From a virus (taxonomy: Duplodnaviria; Caudoviricetes), in the IMG/VR virus record IMGVR_UViG_3300037010_000704, positions 1-58,868 of that record: DNA of 58,868 bases; one strand, 5' to 3'. The translations under genes were made by a program, and so were the position numbers. The notes under the pieces are model-generated. The model did no database searches. It saw nothing but the letters and a program-made list of their open reading frames with translations, and was not told the DNA's origin. Below, one piece after another: positions 27,877-39,100 of this stretch (positions within the stretch are counted from its first letter, which is position 1; each line of letters opens with the position of its first letter).

Positions 27877-30800
27877 TTAGATCAGCGGGAGGGCAATGGC
27901 GGTTCCAGACTCATTCAGGACTGTCAACTGGAAGGGGGCCCAGTAGATGTTGTTGTCGTTGACTGCCATGAAGGAGAGACTCTTGGTCTTGGAACCGCCA
28001 GTCCCGGAGAGGGTTAGACCGATCTGGTTGGTAGATGGCGAGCCAGTCTGGGGCATACTAGAGGGGGTTGACCGAACTTCAAAGGTGGGGTTGACACCTG
28101 ATGTCAGCTTTACCACAGAGAATGTACCCATGTAGGCGGGGGGTGCGGACGAGACTGACATCACAGCGTCCGCAGGGGTGTTCGTCGTGGTGATCTTCCA
28201 GGCATTACCCTGGTTGACGTAGTAGCCGGGTCCGAGGCCCGTCGTGTTGGATACGGAGCCGTAGAGCACTCCCAGGTAATTGGAGTCGGGCTGCAAGGCA
28301 GAGAAGAAGTCCAGGAGGGGGGCGGCGACCGTGATGACGCAGTCCTCGGAGTGGCCCACGTTCCCTGATGCGTCGGTTGCCTGCACCTTGCAGTAGTAGG
28401 TTCCAGGGGTGCTTGGGGCCTTGCAGGACAGGTCGATGCTCTTCACCCCTGATGCCACAGGGCTCGGCACGAAGGCAGGCCAAGTGTGATCGGCCTGGGA
28501 GGAGATGGCCCAGGTGAAGTTGCCACCGTCGCCACCCGAAGCGTCGGCATGGATGGTGAAGTTATCCCCTGTAGTCACGGTGATGGCTGTGGACGTCCAT
28601 GATACGTTGACAGGTTTAGCGGTGATGACGAGGGTGGTGGTGCCGCTGAATCCGGGGCAAGTGCCGGTGACCGTGAAAGTGACGGCTTGGTTCAGAGATC
28701 CCAGATTTGCCGTGAGGATACCCGCTGTCGTCAAGGTCACCCCTGTAATCGCAGGAGACATACCCCACACGATGGAGCCGTTCTTGTTACTGAGGTATCG
28801 GTTCAGATCGAAGGCCACGCCATTCGTCAGGTTGATCGTGCCAGGGAGAGACAGGGAGGTCTGGCAGGTGGTGGCAAGGGTATAGGTCTTCTGTGGGTCC
28901 GTGTTGGTCGCGCTGTTATCCGTGAGCTTGACCGTGATGGCTAGGCTGGTGGGGCATGTCGCGTTGGGGGTTCCCGAGAGAGTGCCGTTGACATCGAAAG
29001 ATAGGCCATAGCCCGTGAGCACACTGGCGCTCGGGGAGACAAGCTGCCAGGAGAGGGGGGCCACACCTGAACTGCCGGAAAGGGTGGTGCTGTAGAACAC
29101 CCCGTATTGGGCGGCGGGGATGCTCAGGGTGTTGATGATGGGGTCGGGATCGGGAGGGACATTCACGGTGACCGAGACGTCGGAGTGATTCAGGGCCTCA
29201 TTCCCGGCATCGTAGACCTCCAGGCGATAGGAGGTCGTCGGGGTGTGCAGGGGGGTGTCAGTCTTGGTGCCGGAGGCGGCAAGACCTGTGGCGAGATCCA
29301 CCCATGTGCCCCCGTCGAGCCGGAGAATCTTGGCGGAGGATCCACCTGACCACGAGAAGGTCAGAGTGGTGGTAGAGGGAGAGCCACCCTTGATGACCGT
29401 GGTGGGGTTGGCGGTGAGGCTCACGGAGGCGGCGGACACCGTGGCGGTAGCAGTGGCGGTCTGGGGAGTAGTTCCAGGGCCGTTGCTCGTGACGGTGAGG
29501 GTTAGGTTGATGACCCCAGCCTGGGGCACACCCGAGGAAGGAATGGAAACGCCAGTCCCACTCGTGACTGCGGCATCGTAGAGGGTGGTCCCGCCATAGA
29601 CAGCCTTTAGCCTGCCGAGACCACCAGAGAAGCTGGGGGTTGCGGTGAAGGAGGATCCTGCGGTGATGGCCTGGGAAGTTGGGCTGATCGACCCCGTCGT
29701 GGGGGCATAGGCCACCGTTACGGTACAGGACGCCGTGGCCACCTTGACGTTGTTGGCGTCGTAGATGTAGATGGCGTAGTTGGTCGTGGAGTGGGGTGTC
29801 TGGGTGATCGGGGTGTTGCGGACGAGGTTGGTCGCAAGGGGAACGGTGTCGTTGGCGAGATCAACCAGGGTGGCCGTGAAGTTGCCAGCGTCCCAGTTGG
29901 GGGTGAGGGTGGTGGAACTGAAGGTCACACCGTTGTTGTTGATCGTCGCGGGGCTCGCCGAAAGCGAAGCGGATAGGGAACTAATGGTGGCCTCAGCCGT
30001 CTTGGTGACCGTCATGCCCGAGGCATTGGTGAGGGTCAGGGTAGCAACCACGACCGTCCCGGGAGGGATAATAGCGGTGTTGAGATCGGTACGACTGAAG
30101 GGGAGTGGGGTCGAAGAGGACGTGGGTGGCAGAGAAGTCTCAGCGTAGACGATAGCGCCGGTATCCTTGCGGACCACCTTGAACTTGGCCGTCACGGTAT
30201 CCGTCCCACCCCCGATGGCGTAGGAACCAGAGATGGTCAGAACGGCACCCTGCTTGACCGCAGATGGGAAGCAGGCGATGTCGCCCTGAGGGGCATAGCG
30301 GTCCACGTAGAGGCTGTAGATCGCAGAGGCGGCTTGGTAGGGCCGAGTGGCCGGGGGTTCCACGGAGTGAACATCGTCCACCACGATGAACATGGAGCCG
30401 CTGTAGGCCACGCTGGGGGTAGTGCCAGCCTTGCTGCGGATGAGGTAGCGGTCAACCGTTCCGGGCTTGGGGACGATCTCCAGATTCACTGAGGTGGGGA
30501 ACGGTGTCTCAGTGCCCGACGTGGTGTAGGCACTGAGGATGCGGGGGTTGGTGTAGGGCTGAGTTCCACCCTTGACGTAGACCTCGATGGGGCCGTAAGC
30601 CACACCCACGAAGGCATCGGGGAGAGCGTTGGCCACACCGGGCTTCAGAGGGGCAACGCTTTCAATGTGGAAGGCGTCGATAGGGACGATGTTGAGGGGG
30701 ATGACCTTGAAGGACTGGTTCTTCGGGTTGGCGCTATCCTTCACGGAGAAGCGAAGGCTCCCGTTGAAGGGGGCACCAGGGGTGCCCGAGAGCAGGCCCG

Positions 30801-33800
30801 TGGTGGCGTCCAGGGTCATGCCGGTAGGCAGAGCACCGGGAGTCGTGCCGTCAGGGATGACAGCCCACTCAGTGGCCGGGGGGAGACCACCCGTAGCCGC
30901 AAGGTAGACGTTGTCGGCGTAGGGAGAGAGGGCCACACCCGAAGGGAGAGAGGTGGTGGTGATGACCAGGGGAGGTAGTGGAGTGATGGCCATCGGCATA
31001 GTCGCCGTCTTGGTGGAGTCAGAGGCGTCTGTGACCTGCACTTGGATGACCCCGGACCAGTTGGAGGGGGTGCTGGGCGTAGAGGTGCCCGTGATGAGGC
31101 CATCTTCGCTGAGGGTATAGGGGGTGGGTAGCTGGGTAGTGCCGATGACGGCCCACTTGTAGGCAGAACCCGTGGTGAAGGGGATTCCGCCCGTGGCCTG
31201 AAGCTGGTAGCTGTAGGCTTGGCCTAGGGTAATGCTGGGAGGGGTCGTAGTGAGAATCTGAAGGGGCTCATTGAATCGCACTTCGAGACGCCGGTAGGCG
31301 AGTCCGACGCGATTGGCGTTGGACCCATCCGTGAGGCGGATCCAGATGTCGAAGTAACCACCCTCAGTGGGCCGACCAGATAAAGTCAGGACGTCCCCGG
31401 TCACGGACATGCCGAGGCCATCAGGGAAGGCACCCTTGACTACGAAGGCGGCGGGGTTCGGGGAACCACCGATGGTCATGGGGACGAGATACTTGCCCTG
31501 CATGACCAATGGGGCCAGAGTGTCGGACAGCGAGAGGTCCGTGGTGTAGAAGTCAAAGGTGACTTCTGAAGTGGCCACGAGATTGACCTGGGCGTCATAG
31601 AACTCGATGGCGGTGGAGGTGACGTCCTTGGCCCGCAGGGTGCCGTAGAGCAGGCCGTTCCTGGCGTCGAGGCTGACCCCCAAGGGGAGGCTGAAGCCCT
31701 GCTTGACCTTCGCTGTGAGATTCCCACGAGTCGTGGCCGTCGCATTGAAGTAGGACCGCATGGGGTCCATGTAGAATGGGGAGCCAACTACAGAGGGTAG
31801 GGAGGTGACCTGGAAGTCTGCGGGGTCCGCAGGAGTCATGGCCCCCTTCTGAGCGATGATGGAGTAGGTCCGGGAATACATCCCCATGTCGGCCCCCGCC
31901 TTTAGCAGGGTCGCCGAGGCGGAGACTTCAAGGGTCTGGGGGGACGTGGCCAGCCCGGAGACGGTGAATCCGCCCTGAGAACCGGCGACGGGGTGCATGT
32001 AACCCGTGAGACCATTGATGTAGGTTGGGAGAGGCCCGTTATCCTTGATCGTGTAGGTGCCCGCTTCAAGGTTGAAGGGGATCGTCTGAGACTGGACGGT
32101 CTGGCCAACGGGAAGCGCGGACTGGAAGTTCGAGGGGAACCCAGCAAGGGAGAGGCCCGTGAATGGGGCCAGAGCGGGGCGAACCGTGAAGACGTAGTCC
32201 TTCGCGACCGTGGTCTTCCCATCAGTGACGGTGATGTGGCACACGGCATTAGGGGTGGGAGCGGTAGAAGGATTGAAGCTCAGTTCGATGAAGCCGTTGA
32301 TGACGGGGCTGCCAGAGTCAAACAGGGAGCCTGCTGCCACCACGACGACGTGGCTGGACACCCCATCGGGGCCTACCGTGAAGTCCCCACCGCTGACGGG
32401 GATTCGGACGATGAAGCGTTCGCCCGCGAACAGCACGGTCTGGTCAGGGTCACCGACCGTCAGAGCTTGGGGGGTGAGGCGGACGGTGTAGGACTTGGAA
32501 CTCTTGGCCCCGAGGGAATCCGTAACCTGGACGACCACGACGAAATCTGTGGAGAAGTCGGTCGTGGAGTTCATCGTGGTGGGGTAGCCTGAGACCTTGC
32601 CCAGGGCGTCGATGGTGAGGCCATTTGGCAGGTTGCCGCTGACCTGCTTCCAGGAGTAGGTCTTAACACCACCCGTGGCTTCCAACTGGCCTTCGTAGTA
32701 GACGCCCACCTGGAGCAAGGGGATATCGGTTCCGGGGGCCGTGGGGCCAGGAAGACGTGGGGTCGTGATCTCCAGGTCAGACCGGGCGACAAGCGACAGC
32801 GTCTTCATGTCGATGTAAGGGGGCGTGGAAGCATCCGCCACCGAGATGTCGATAGGGTAGGTGCCAGGGGCCAACACGGTTCCCGAGAGGGTGCCATCTG
32901 CGGTGAAGCGGACACCAGGGGGTAGGTTCTCAGCGGCCCAGGTGTAGGGGGGTTTCCCACCGACAGCCTGGATCTTGATCTCACCTGTTCCTGGATTGCC
33001 TTGCTCGCCCGGGTTGAGGGGCTTGGTCCAGGTGAGGCTGTGGCCCACGGTGACAGGGGGTAGGCCATCCGTGGTGATCTTGATTGCGGAGGCGTTCTGA
33101 CCGTCGTCTACGAGGTAGCCGAGGGTGGGCTTGATGAGATCCTTGGCGTAGGGGCGACCCGGCAGGGGGAAGACGTCGATGGCCATCGTGCCGAGGACGG
33201 AGCTACCGTCACGACCACGGGCCACGCCTAGCATCAGCTTGAGTTCCTGGGTGGCCTCATCCTTGACGACAGCCTTGGTGAAGGCGGCGTAGTTCGCAGG
33301 GGCATAGGCGACATTGGTGCCGTCCGTGACTTCGAAGCCTGCGTCACCACCCACACCAATGTCGCCCAGGATGGGATCGGTACTCTCAACCGGGATGAAG
33401 TCCTCGTCCACGATGAAGATGGAGGTCGTCAGGGAGCGCCGGAGCTTGACGGGGGGCAGGGCGGTGCTGTAATCCTTCTCGACCTCGATGGTGATGACCT
33501 GGGTGTCGCCACCAACCATGAAGGACTTCAGGATGGATGAGGAGGAGAGGGGCAGCCAGTCCGTGGTGGACTGGTCGCCGAACACGGCCCGCCACCGATC
33601 CGCCACAATGGTCGGCTTGATGGAGATCGTGACGGTCTCACCCTTCAGGGCCGGGGCGGCCTGGACCTCATTGTTGATGAGGACGGAACCAGCCGGAAGG
33701 GTCGGGAACGCTTTGTTGGTGTCCCAGGGGTCGGAATCCTGGATGGTAGTGGTGTCCGTGGAGAATGCCTGCATGGACATCTTGAGGTCACCCGTCGGAA

Positions 33801-36120
33801 CCCCAGCGAGCCGGAAGCGACGAAGGTCGGGGACAGTGGGATCACCGTTCTCAAAGCCGGTGATGGGGGTGCCATCCGCCTTGACGACGGGAATGGCGTT
33901 GTTCATCGCATCAAACAAGGTTATGTCCCAGGACTTGTAGGCTGTGTAGACTCCACCGATGGCCGGGGGCGTCCATGTGACTTCCAGGTTGTTCTGGGCG
34001 TCGATGATGGCGACGGTGGGGCTGCTGGGGAGCTTGGAGACCACGCCTGTCCCACTGAAGCGGACTAGCACGGGGGTAGCCCATGAGGTGCCCATGGCGT
34101 TCACCCCGGACAGGGTGAAGATGGCGTTGGCAGACAGTCCCGTGAAGGTGGCCGAGAGTTCCCCCGGATTTACCTTGCGTCGGGCTTCGTTGTCCTTCTG
34201 GATGTAGATGTCACCAGATCCCGAGTAGCCCCAGGACAGGGGAAACACCGTGGAGCTTGTGACGACGGTGTAGTTCGATGAGAACGAGGAGAACACCATG
34301 GGGGCAACCCCAGGGAGAACTCGTATGGGGATGGGGATGGACCGCTGGGGGGACATCCCACCACACTTGGCCAGAAGGTGGAGGTAGAAGTCCCCCGCTA
34401 TGTGGAAGGGGCCTTCAAGCTGGCCCTGCACATTGGGGTAGATGCCCACGGGGTATCCAGTGGTATCAGTCCCCTGGACATCCACAAAGAGCATGAAGTC
34501 CCCATTTTCGATGGGAACCAGGGTGGAGTTCGCCTGATTGACCTCGGAGAGGAAAAATTCAGCCGTAGGGTTGGGGGGCAGATCTACCTGGACGGCGGCG
34601 TAGACCCCGATGGTGACGGGGCTTACAGCAGAGCCGACGCTGCCACTCAAACGGTTGACGTCGGAGTAGGACTGGGAAGCCGTATCTACCCGGAAGATAC
34701 TGGGAAGACCCGTGCTCGTCACCACGCAGGAGGAGGCCCCCGTGCGTGAGTTCGTACTGGAGGAGGCCGAGATGGTCACGATCCAGGAAGAGAAGATCGG
34801 GGCATCCACGGGGATCTGGAAGTAGAGGTAGCGGACCCTAGACTGGGAACCCGTGACCGTCACGACATCCGTGATGGGGACAGTGACGGACCCATCGGAC
34901 ACGCGAGCATCGGTGATGGCCGGTGCGGCTCCAATGGGTTTGATGTTCACCGTGATGGTGGCGGTCTCGGTGGAGAGAATGTCGGGGAGCTCGAAACGAA
35001 TGTAGGACTTGTTCCCGATGGGCTGCCGGGATTGAAGATTCTGAGGCAGGATGTTAATGGGAATGGCAGCAGAGGTGGACCAGTTCTGTGCAGCCGGGGC
35101 GGTGGGGTTCTTGGCGGAGACATGGATGGGGTCCACGGTGACCGTCTTGAGGACGGTCGAGCCAGCCTTGATATCCACGGAGAAACCCACGGTGCCGTCG
35201 CCCTGGACCTCCCAGGTGGCCTCGGAGGTCGTCGAGGTGCCACCCGTAAGGAACCTACCAGTGGCCGTCCCCTGGGTCTGCCACTCGTAAGTGACAGCCT
35301 GAGCCTTGCCGCCGACAAAGAAGGTTGGGCATTCAACTACGACTGCCCCATAACCCGTGGTGGGGTTGAGATCGGGGGAGGTGTTGAAGGCACAGACCAG
35401 ATTAGCAGAGAGTTCACCCTGCTTTTCCCCAGTGAAGTTCAGAGTGAAGTCCAGGACGGCGGCGTTGTCGATGGAGTCGTAGATCGACTCGGCCCTGTAG
35501 GCGCGAATCTGAATCACCTCGGTCCCCACACCCCGCTTCACACCACCACAGGGGTCATCCATGGTGCGAGGCAAGACTTCCAGGTAGGCGGCGTCATCCC
35601 CATCGATAAGGAAGCGGAGCCCAGGGAGAGTGGTTAGGGTGGGAGGAAGGTAGCGGACGTTGGTGGCCGGGGTATCCCCGGTGTAGCACTTGAACTTGAT
35701 GGGAGGGACGGTGTCGTCGTAGCCGAGGAGATTGACGGACGTCGCAGAGGTCAGGACTTCCCTGATGACCAAGGGCTCCTTGACTATCATGGACACGACC
35801 CGCATGTCGTCGCTGGTGCCGTCTGCGGCTGTCACAGAAAGTATGAAGTTGAAGGGATCCGACTGGGAGAGAGTCACATCCGTCAGGTCGTAGGACACCG
35901 TCGCTGTGGCGACTTTGGTGGCGGCATCGTAGCCATTACTTATGGACACCCATGAGGGGGCCTGGACAATACTCCAGTTGGGGGCCGAGTCCGCAGATGC
36001 CTGGGCAACCACCAACGTCCCAGATGACCCGAGGGCTAGCTTGACGGTGTTGGTGTTTACCACCACGACCTTGTTGACCTGGGCAGAGATTACGAATGAG
36101 GTGATTGCGATCTTAGCCAT
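27877..36120 (-). CDS. Giant Ig-repeat (putative Ig/He_PIG-like) virion protein
   Basis: 2747 aa; repeated L.I.T..LP...G..Y...L.A.GG..PY.W....LP.G..L...G.LSG.P units; T/S/P/V-rich. Confidence 0.8.
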   Translation of the reverse strand: MAKIAITSFVISAQVNKVVVVNTNTVKLALGSSGTLVVAQASADSAPNWSIVQAPSWVSISNGYDAATKVATATVSYDLTDVTLSQSDPFNFILSVTAADGTSDDMRVVSMIVKEPLVIREVLTSATSVNLLGYDDTVPPIKFKCYTGDTPATNVRYLPPTLTTLPGLRFLIDGDDAAYLEVLPRTMDDPCGGVKRGVGTEVIQIRAYRAESIYDSIDNAAVLDFTLNFTGEKQGELSANLVCAFNTSPDLNPTTGYGAVVVECPTFFVGGKAQAVTYEWQTQGTATGRFLTGGTSTTSEATWEVQGDGTVGFSVDIKAGSTVLKTVTVDPIHVSAKNPTAPAAQNWSTSAAIPINILPQNLQSRQPIGNKSYIRFELPDILSTETATITVNIKPIGAAPAITDARVSDGSVTVPITDVVTVTGSQSRVRYLYFQIPVDAPIFSSWIVTISASSSTNSRTGASSCVVTSTGLPSIFRVDTASQSYSDVNRLSGSVGSAVSPVTIGVYAAVQVDLPPNPTAEFFLSEVNQANSTLVPIENGDFMLFVDVQGTDTTGYPVGIYPNVQGQLEGPFHIAGDFYLHLLAKCGGMSPQRSIPIPIRVLPGVAPMVFSSFSSNYTVVTSSTVFPLSWGYSGSGDIYIQKDNEARRKVNPGELSATFTGLSANAIFTLSGVNAMGTSWATPVLVRFSGTGVVSKLPSSPTVAIIDAQNNLEVTWTPPAIGGVYTAYKSWDITLFDAMNNAIPVVKADGTPITGFENGDPTVPDLRRFRLAGVPTGDLKMSMQAFSTDTTTIQDSDPWDTNKAFPTLPAGSVLINNEVQAAPALKGETVTISIKPTIVADRWRAVFGDQSTTDWLPLSSSSILKSFMVGGDTQVITIEVEKDYSTALPPVKLRRSLTTSIFIVDEDFIPVESTDPILGDIGVGGDAGFEVTDGTNVAYAPANYAAFTKAVVKDEATQELKLMLGVARGRDGSSVLGTMAIDVFPLPGRPYAKDLIKPTLGYLVDDGQNASAIKITTDGLPPVTVGHSLTWTKPLNPGEQGNPGTGEIKIQAVGGKPPYTWAAENLPPGVRFTADGTLSGTVLAPGTYPIDISVADASTPPYIDMKTLSLVARSDLEITTPRLPGPTAPGTDIPLLQVGVYYEGQLEATGGVKTYSWKQVSGNLPNGLTIDALGKVSGYPTTMNSTTDFSTDFVVVVQVTDSLGAKSSKSYTVRLTPQALTVGDPDQTVLFAGERFIVRIPVSGGDFTVGPDGVSSHVVVVAAGSLFDSGSPVINGFIELSFNPSTAPTPNAVCHITVTDGKTTVAKDYVFTVRPALAPFTGLSLAGFPSNFQSALPVGQTVQSQTIPFNLEAGTYTIKDNGPLPTYINGLTGYMHPVAGSQGGFTVSGLATSPQTLEVSASATLLKAGADMGMYSRTYSIIAQKGAMTPADPADFQVTSLPSVVGSPFYMDPMRSYFNATATTRGNLTAKVKQGFSLPLGVSLDARNGLLYGTLRAKDVTSTAIEFYDAQVNLVATSEVTFDFYTTDLSLSDTLAPLVMQGKYLVPMTIGGSPNPAAFVVKGAFPDGLGMSVTGDVLTLSGRPTEGGYFDIWIRLTDGSNANRVGLAYRRLEVRFNEPLQILTTTPPSITLGQAYSYQLQATGGIPFTTGSAYKWAVIGTTQLPTPYTLSEDGLITGTSTPSTPSNWSGVIQVQVTDASDSTKTATMPMAITPLPPLVITTTSLPSGVALSPYADNVYLAATGGLPPATEWAVIPDGTTPGALPTGMTLDATTGLLSGTPGAPFNGSLRFSVKDSANPKNQSFKVIPLNIVPIDAFHIESVAPLKPGVANALPDAFVGVAYGPIEVYVKGGTQPYTNPRILSAYTTSGTETPFPTSVNLEIVPKPGTVDRYLIRSKAGTTPSVAYSGSMFIVVDDVHSVEPPATRPYQAASAIYSLYVDRYAPQGDIACFPSAVKQGAVLTISGSYAIGGGTDTVTAKFKVVRKDTGAIVYAETSLPPTSSSTPLPFSRTDLNTAIIPPGTVVVATLTLTNASGMTVTKTAEATISSLSASLSASPATINNNGVTFSSTTLTPNWDAGNFTATLVDLANDTVPLATNLVRNTPITQTPHSTTNYAIYIYDANNVKVATASCTVTVAYAPTTGSISPTSQAITAGSSFTATPSFSGGLGRLKAVYGGTTLYDAAVTSGTGVSIPSSGVPQAGVINLTLTVTSNGPGTTPQTATATATVSAASVSLTANPTTVIKGGSPSTTTLTFSWSGGSSAKILRLDGGTWVDLATGLAASGTKTDTPLHTPTTSYRLEVYDAGNEALNHSDVSVTVNVPPDPDPIINTLSIPAAQYGVFYSTTLSGSSGVAPLSWQLVSPSASVLTGYGLSFDVNGTLSGTPNATCPTSLAITVKLTDNSATNTDPQKTYTLATTCQTSLSLPGTINLTNGVAFDLNRYLSNKNGSIVWGMSPAITGVTLTTAGILTANLGSLNQAVTFTVTGTCPGFSGTTTLVITAKPVNVSWTSTAITVTTGDNFTIHADASGGDGGNFTWAISSQADHTWPAFVPSPVASGVKSIDLSCKAPSTPGTYYCKVQATDASGNVGHSEDCVITVAAPLLDFFSALQPDSNYLGVLYGSVSNTTGLGPGYYVNQGNAWKITTTNTPADAVMSVSSAPPAYMGTFSVVKLTSGVNPTFEVRSTPSSMPQTGSPSTNQIGLTLSGTGGSKTKSLSFMAVNDNNIYWAPFQLTVLNESGTAIALPLI

Positions 36121-36181
36121 ACCTGACGGTTCCTCTACCTTGGGGGCGAAAGCACCTTACCTGTGTTTTAGCGTAGCAGTA

Positions 36182-39100
36182 TCAGAGGGTCGAAACCACG
36201 CTGGATGAACTATCGGCGTCGATGTTACCTGCGAAGGCAGCCTTGGCGGCTCCCACGGAGCGGAACATCACGGAGTTGGCGGTGAGCTTGGCCTTACCTG
36301 TGGAGTTCCAGGAGGGTTCACAGACAATGGAGGAACCAGCGGACGCCTTCACGATCAAGGACGTAGTCAGGATATTGTACTCCTGGGTGTAGCTGTCGTG
36401 CTTGGTCAGGGTCACGCTGGATGACATCTCTGCGAGAATGAAGCAATCGGCGGGCTTGCCTGGGGTGGCGACCAAGGTGGTGTTGGTGAAGCGGGCCGAA
36501 CTGGAATCCAGGGCCACACCGACCGCAAGGTCTTGGACATCCAGGATCCCTTTGTTGAAGGTGATCATAGATCCCTGGTCAGCCGCGACGGCCTGCCGGT
36601 TGTTGATAAACTCACAGTCCATGAACTCCACATCAGAGTCGGTGACCTTGACGGCAAAGTCCCGGAAGCCGTTGAACCGGATACCGTTGAAGATCACTCG
36701 GGACTCGGCGACGTAGAAGGCCGTGGCGGCACCGTCCCCGAAGCCCAGGAAGTCCGAGGGGCAGAGGATCTCGACGCGGTTCTGGGAAGAGGTCTCCCGA
36801 CCGATGGTGAGACGGGCGCTGTCCTGCATGGTGAAAGCGATATTGCCCAGGCAGTAGTAGCGGACGCTCCGGGGCTCCCCGTCGCCCACAAGGGCCTGGG
36901 AGAGGGACGACTTCGGCAGAGTCTTGATGTTGTAGGGATCACCCGTGTCCACCAAAATGATCGACACGGGGTGACGAAGCACAGGAGGCAGCAGACTCAG
37001 GCAGCCCTGGATGGTCATGCGGGCCGTTGCCTTCGAAAAACCATCGTTGAGGTCGCTACCACTACGGTTGTTGACGTAGAGGACGACCGGGGCGATGGTG
37101 GTCTGGAGGTTGTCGCCGAGGATTTGCTTGGGCTTGAGATTCTTGATGGCGAACCCGACATGGGGAAGGGCACGGGAGAATCCGCGACCACCTGACTTCG
37201 TCGTGAACTTCACCTTCTTCCGCTTGTAGCCGTGGAGGGGCTCGATGAAGTCGTTGGTGTGAAGCCTGACCTCGAAGGTGTGCTCGGTGTTGGTGTATCG
37301 CTTGGCATAGTAATTCCCGTCGAACTCACCGGCCATGGGGGTGTTAGTGAGGGTGCCATCCGACCACATTTCCAGGCTGGGCAGGATGGTGGCCAGGGGG
37401 AGGCAGCGATTGAATGGGTAGGTGTCCTTAATGCCGACGACGGGGGCCTGCCCGGTGCCGTTGGTGGTCACCGTGGCAGTCGGAGCGGAGTAGAGGACGG
37501 AGTATTCCCGACCCTCAACACCCTCACCCTGGTAGGGGATGTAGGTGAAGCCTAGCTTCAGGGAGGATGTGCTGTCCAAAGCGGGGAGGAGGGAGGCCAT
37601 CAGGAAGAACTTTTGGGCGAGCAGGTTCACCTGGACCCCAGCGATCTTAACCGTGGTGATGCCCCCGAAGATGTCCACCGTGCAGTCGTAGGCCACGAAC
37701 TGAGCTTGGGGCACATCGTAGATCCAGATCTTGCGGATACCGTCGTCAGTGCTGATGACCCCTTTCAGGGTAGCGTCCACGGCAGCCATATAGATGTAGG
37801 TGTTGGAGAGGTCCGTATTGATCCCTAGGATCTTGACACGGGGGTCCAGGGGGAACTCAACGGTGGGGTTGTTGCCCACCAGGACGACCTCCTCGATCTG
37901 GGTCAGGCCCTTCACGGCGGGGACGAAAGAGGTCTGGACTGTATCCATGCAGGTGATCGTGAAGTTGAGGACGGCATCCTTGGCGATCTGACTGGCCAGG
38001 ACCACCACGATGGCGTCAACGGTGGTGTCCTTCTTCACCATCTGGCTGCGAATGGTTACGGGGGCGTTGGCCTTGGTGTCGAACACTGAGTTCACTATGA
38101 GGCCCGTGAACTTACCTGCGAGGTTGCAGCGGTTGATGACGAAGGTGGTCGTCACTCCGTTGGCTTGGTCAGAGAGTTCCTTACCCACGGCGGCGAGCAC
38201 TGGGATGGTCACCCGTGTGCCGAAGGTCGAGGTTGAGTAGTTAGGGTTCAGGGCCTCCAGGGTCACGCCAGGGGTGACCGAGGGCAGTGGGGTGCTGATT
38301 TCGTATTCGCTAACCCCAAACACAGGGAGGGCTTTGGTGGTGGCGGTATCGAACAACTCGCCGCCGTCCACGGACTCCGGGACTTTCTTGAGGTCAAAGC
38401 GGCTGCCTGCGGCGTAACAGACGCCCACGGTGACGTAGATGTCTTCGCTCTTGAGGTCCACACCAGCCGATAGGGGATCCACAACGGTGTGTAGGAGGAT
38501 CTCATTCGTGTTCAGGCCCTCGACACGCATCACGGACCCGTAGAGCACCACGGGCTCTCGGACAGGAGGGTTGACGGTTAGGTTAGTGGCGACAGCCTGG
38601 ATCAGGCAAAAGGTGAACTGGGCATTGGCGGGGGAACTCGACCCCAGGCGGATGCGGACGATGTCATCCTTAGCCCAAGGGGCTCCCTTGGTGCCAACAA
38701 CCTTGTCGGCCACGGTGAGTTTCTTCGTGCAGTAGAAGGTCCGGGTGTCCGAGGAGAACCCATTGGAGAATCCATCGAACTCACCGTCCAGCGTGTCAGC
38801 GTTGGGGATGAGGTGGTCGGCGACGGCCACGAAGTAACTGAGTTTGGACCCCAGGGCTTTCCTCAGCATGGGGCTGGAAGGTGATTCACCCCGAGCCACC
38901 TTGCTATTGGTGGTGCCCATGTAGAGGTCTACCAAGCCCTGCTCCAACATGGGAGCAAGGTCGTAGCCTGTCAGGCTGACGGACATGCGGGTATCCACTA
39001 TGTCTTCAGGGTAGACGACATCAGCAAACTTGTTGTCCCAGCGACCACTGAGGCGTGAGGCGCGGGTGCCGGAGGCGGAGGATCCCGACTTGGAGCATCC

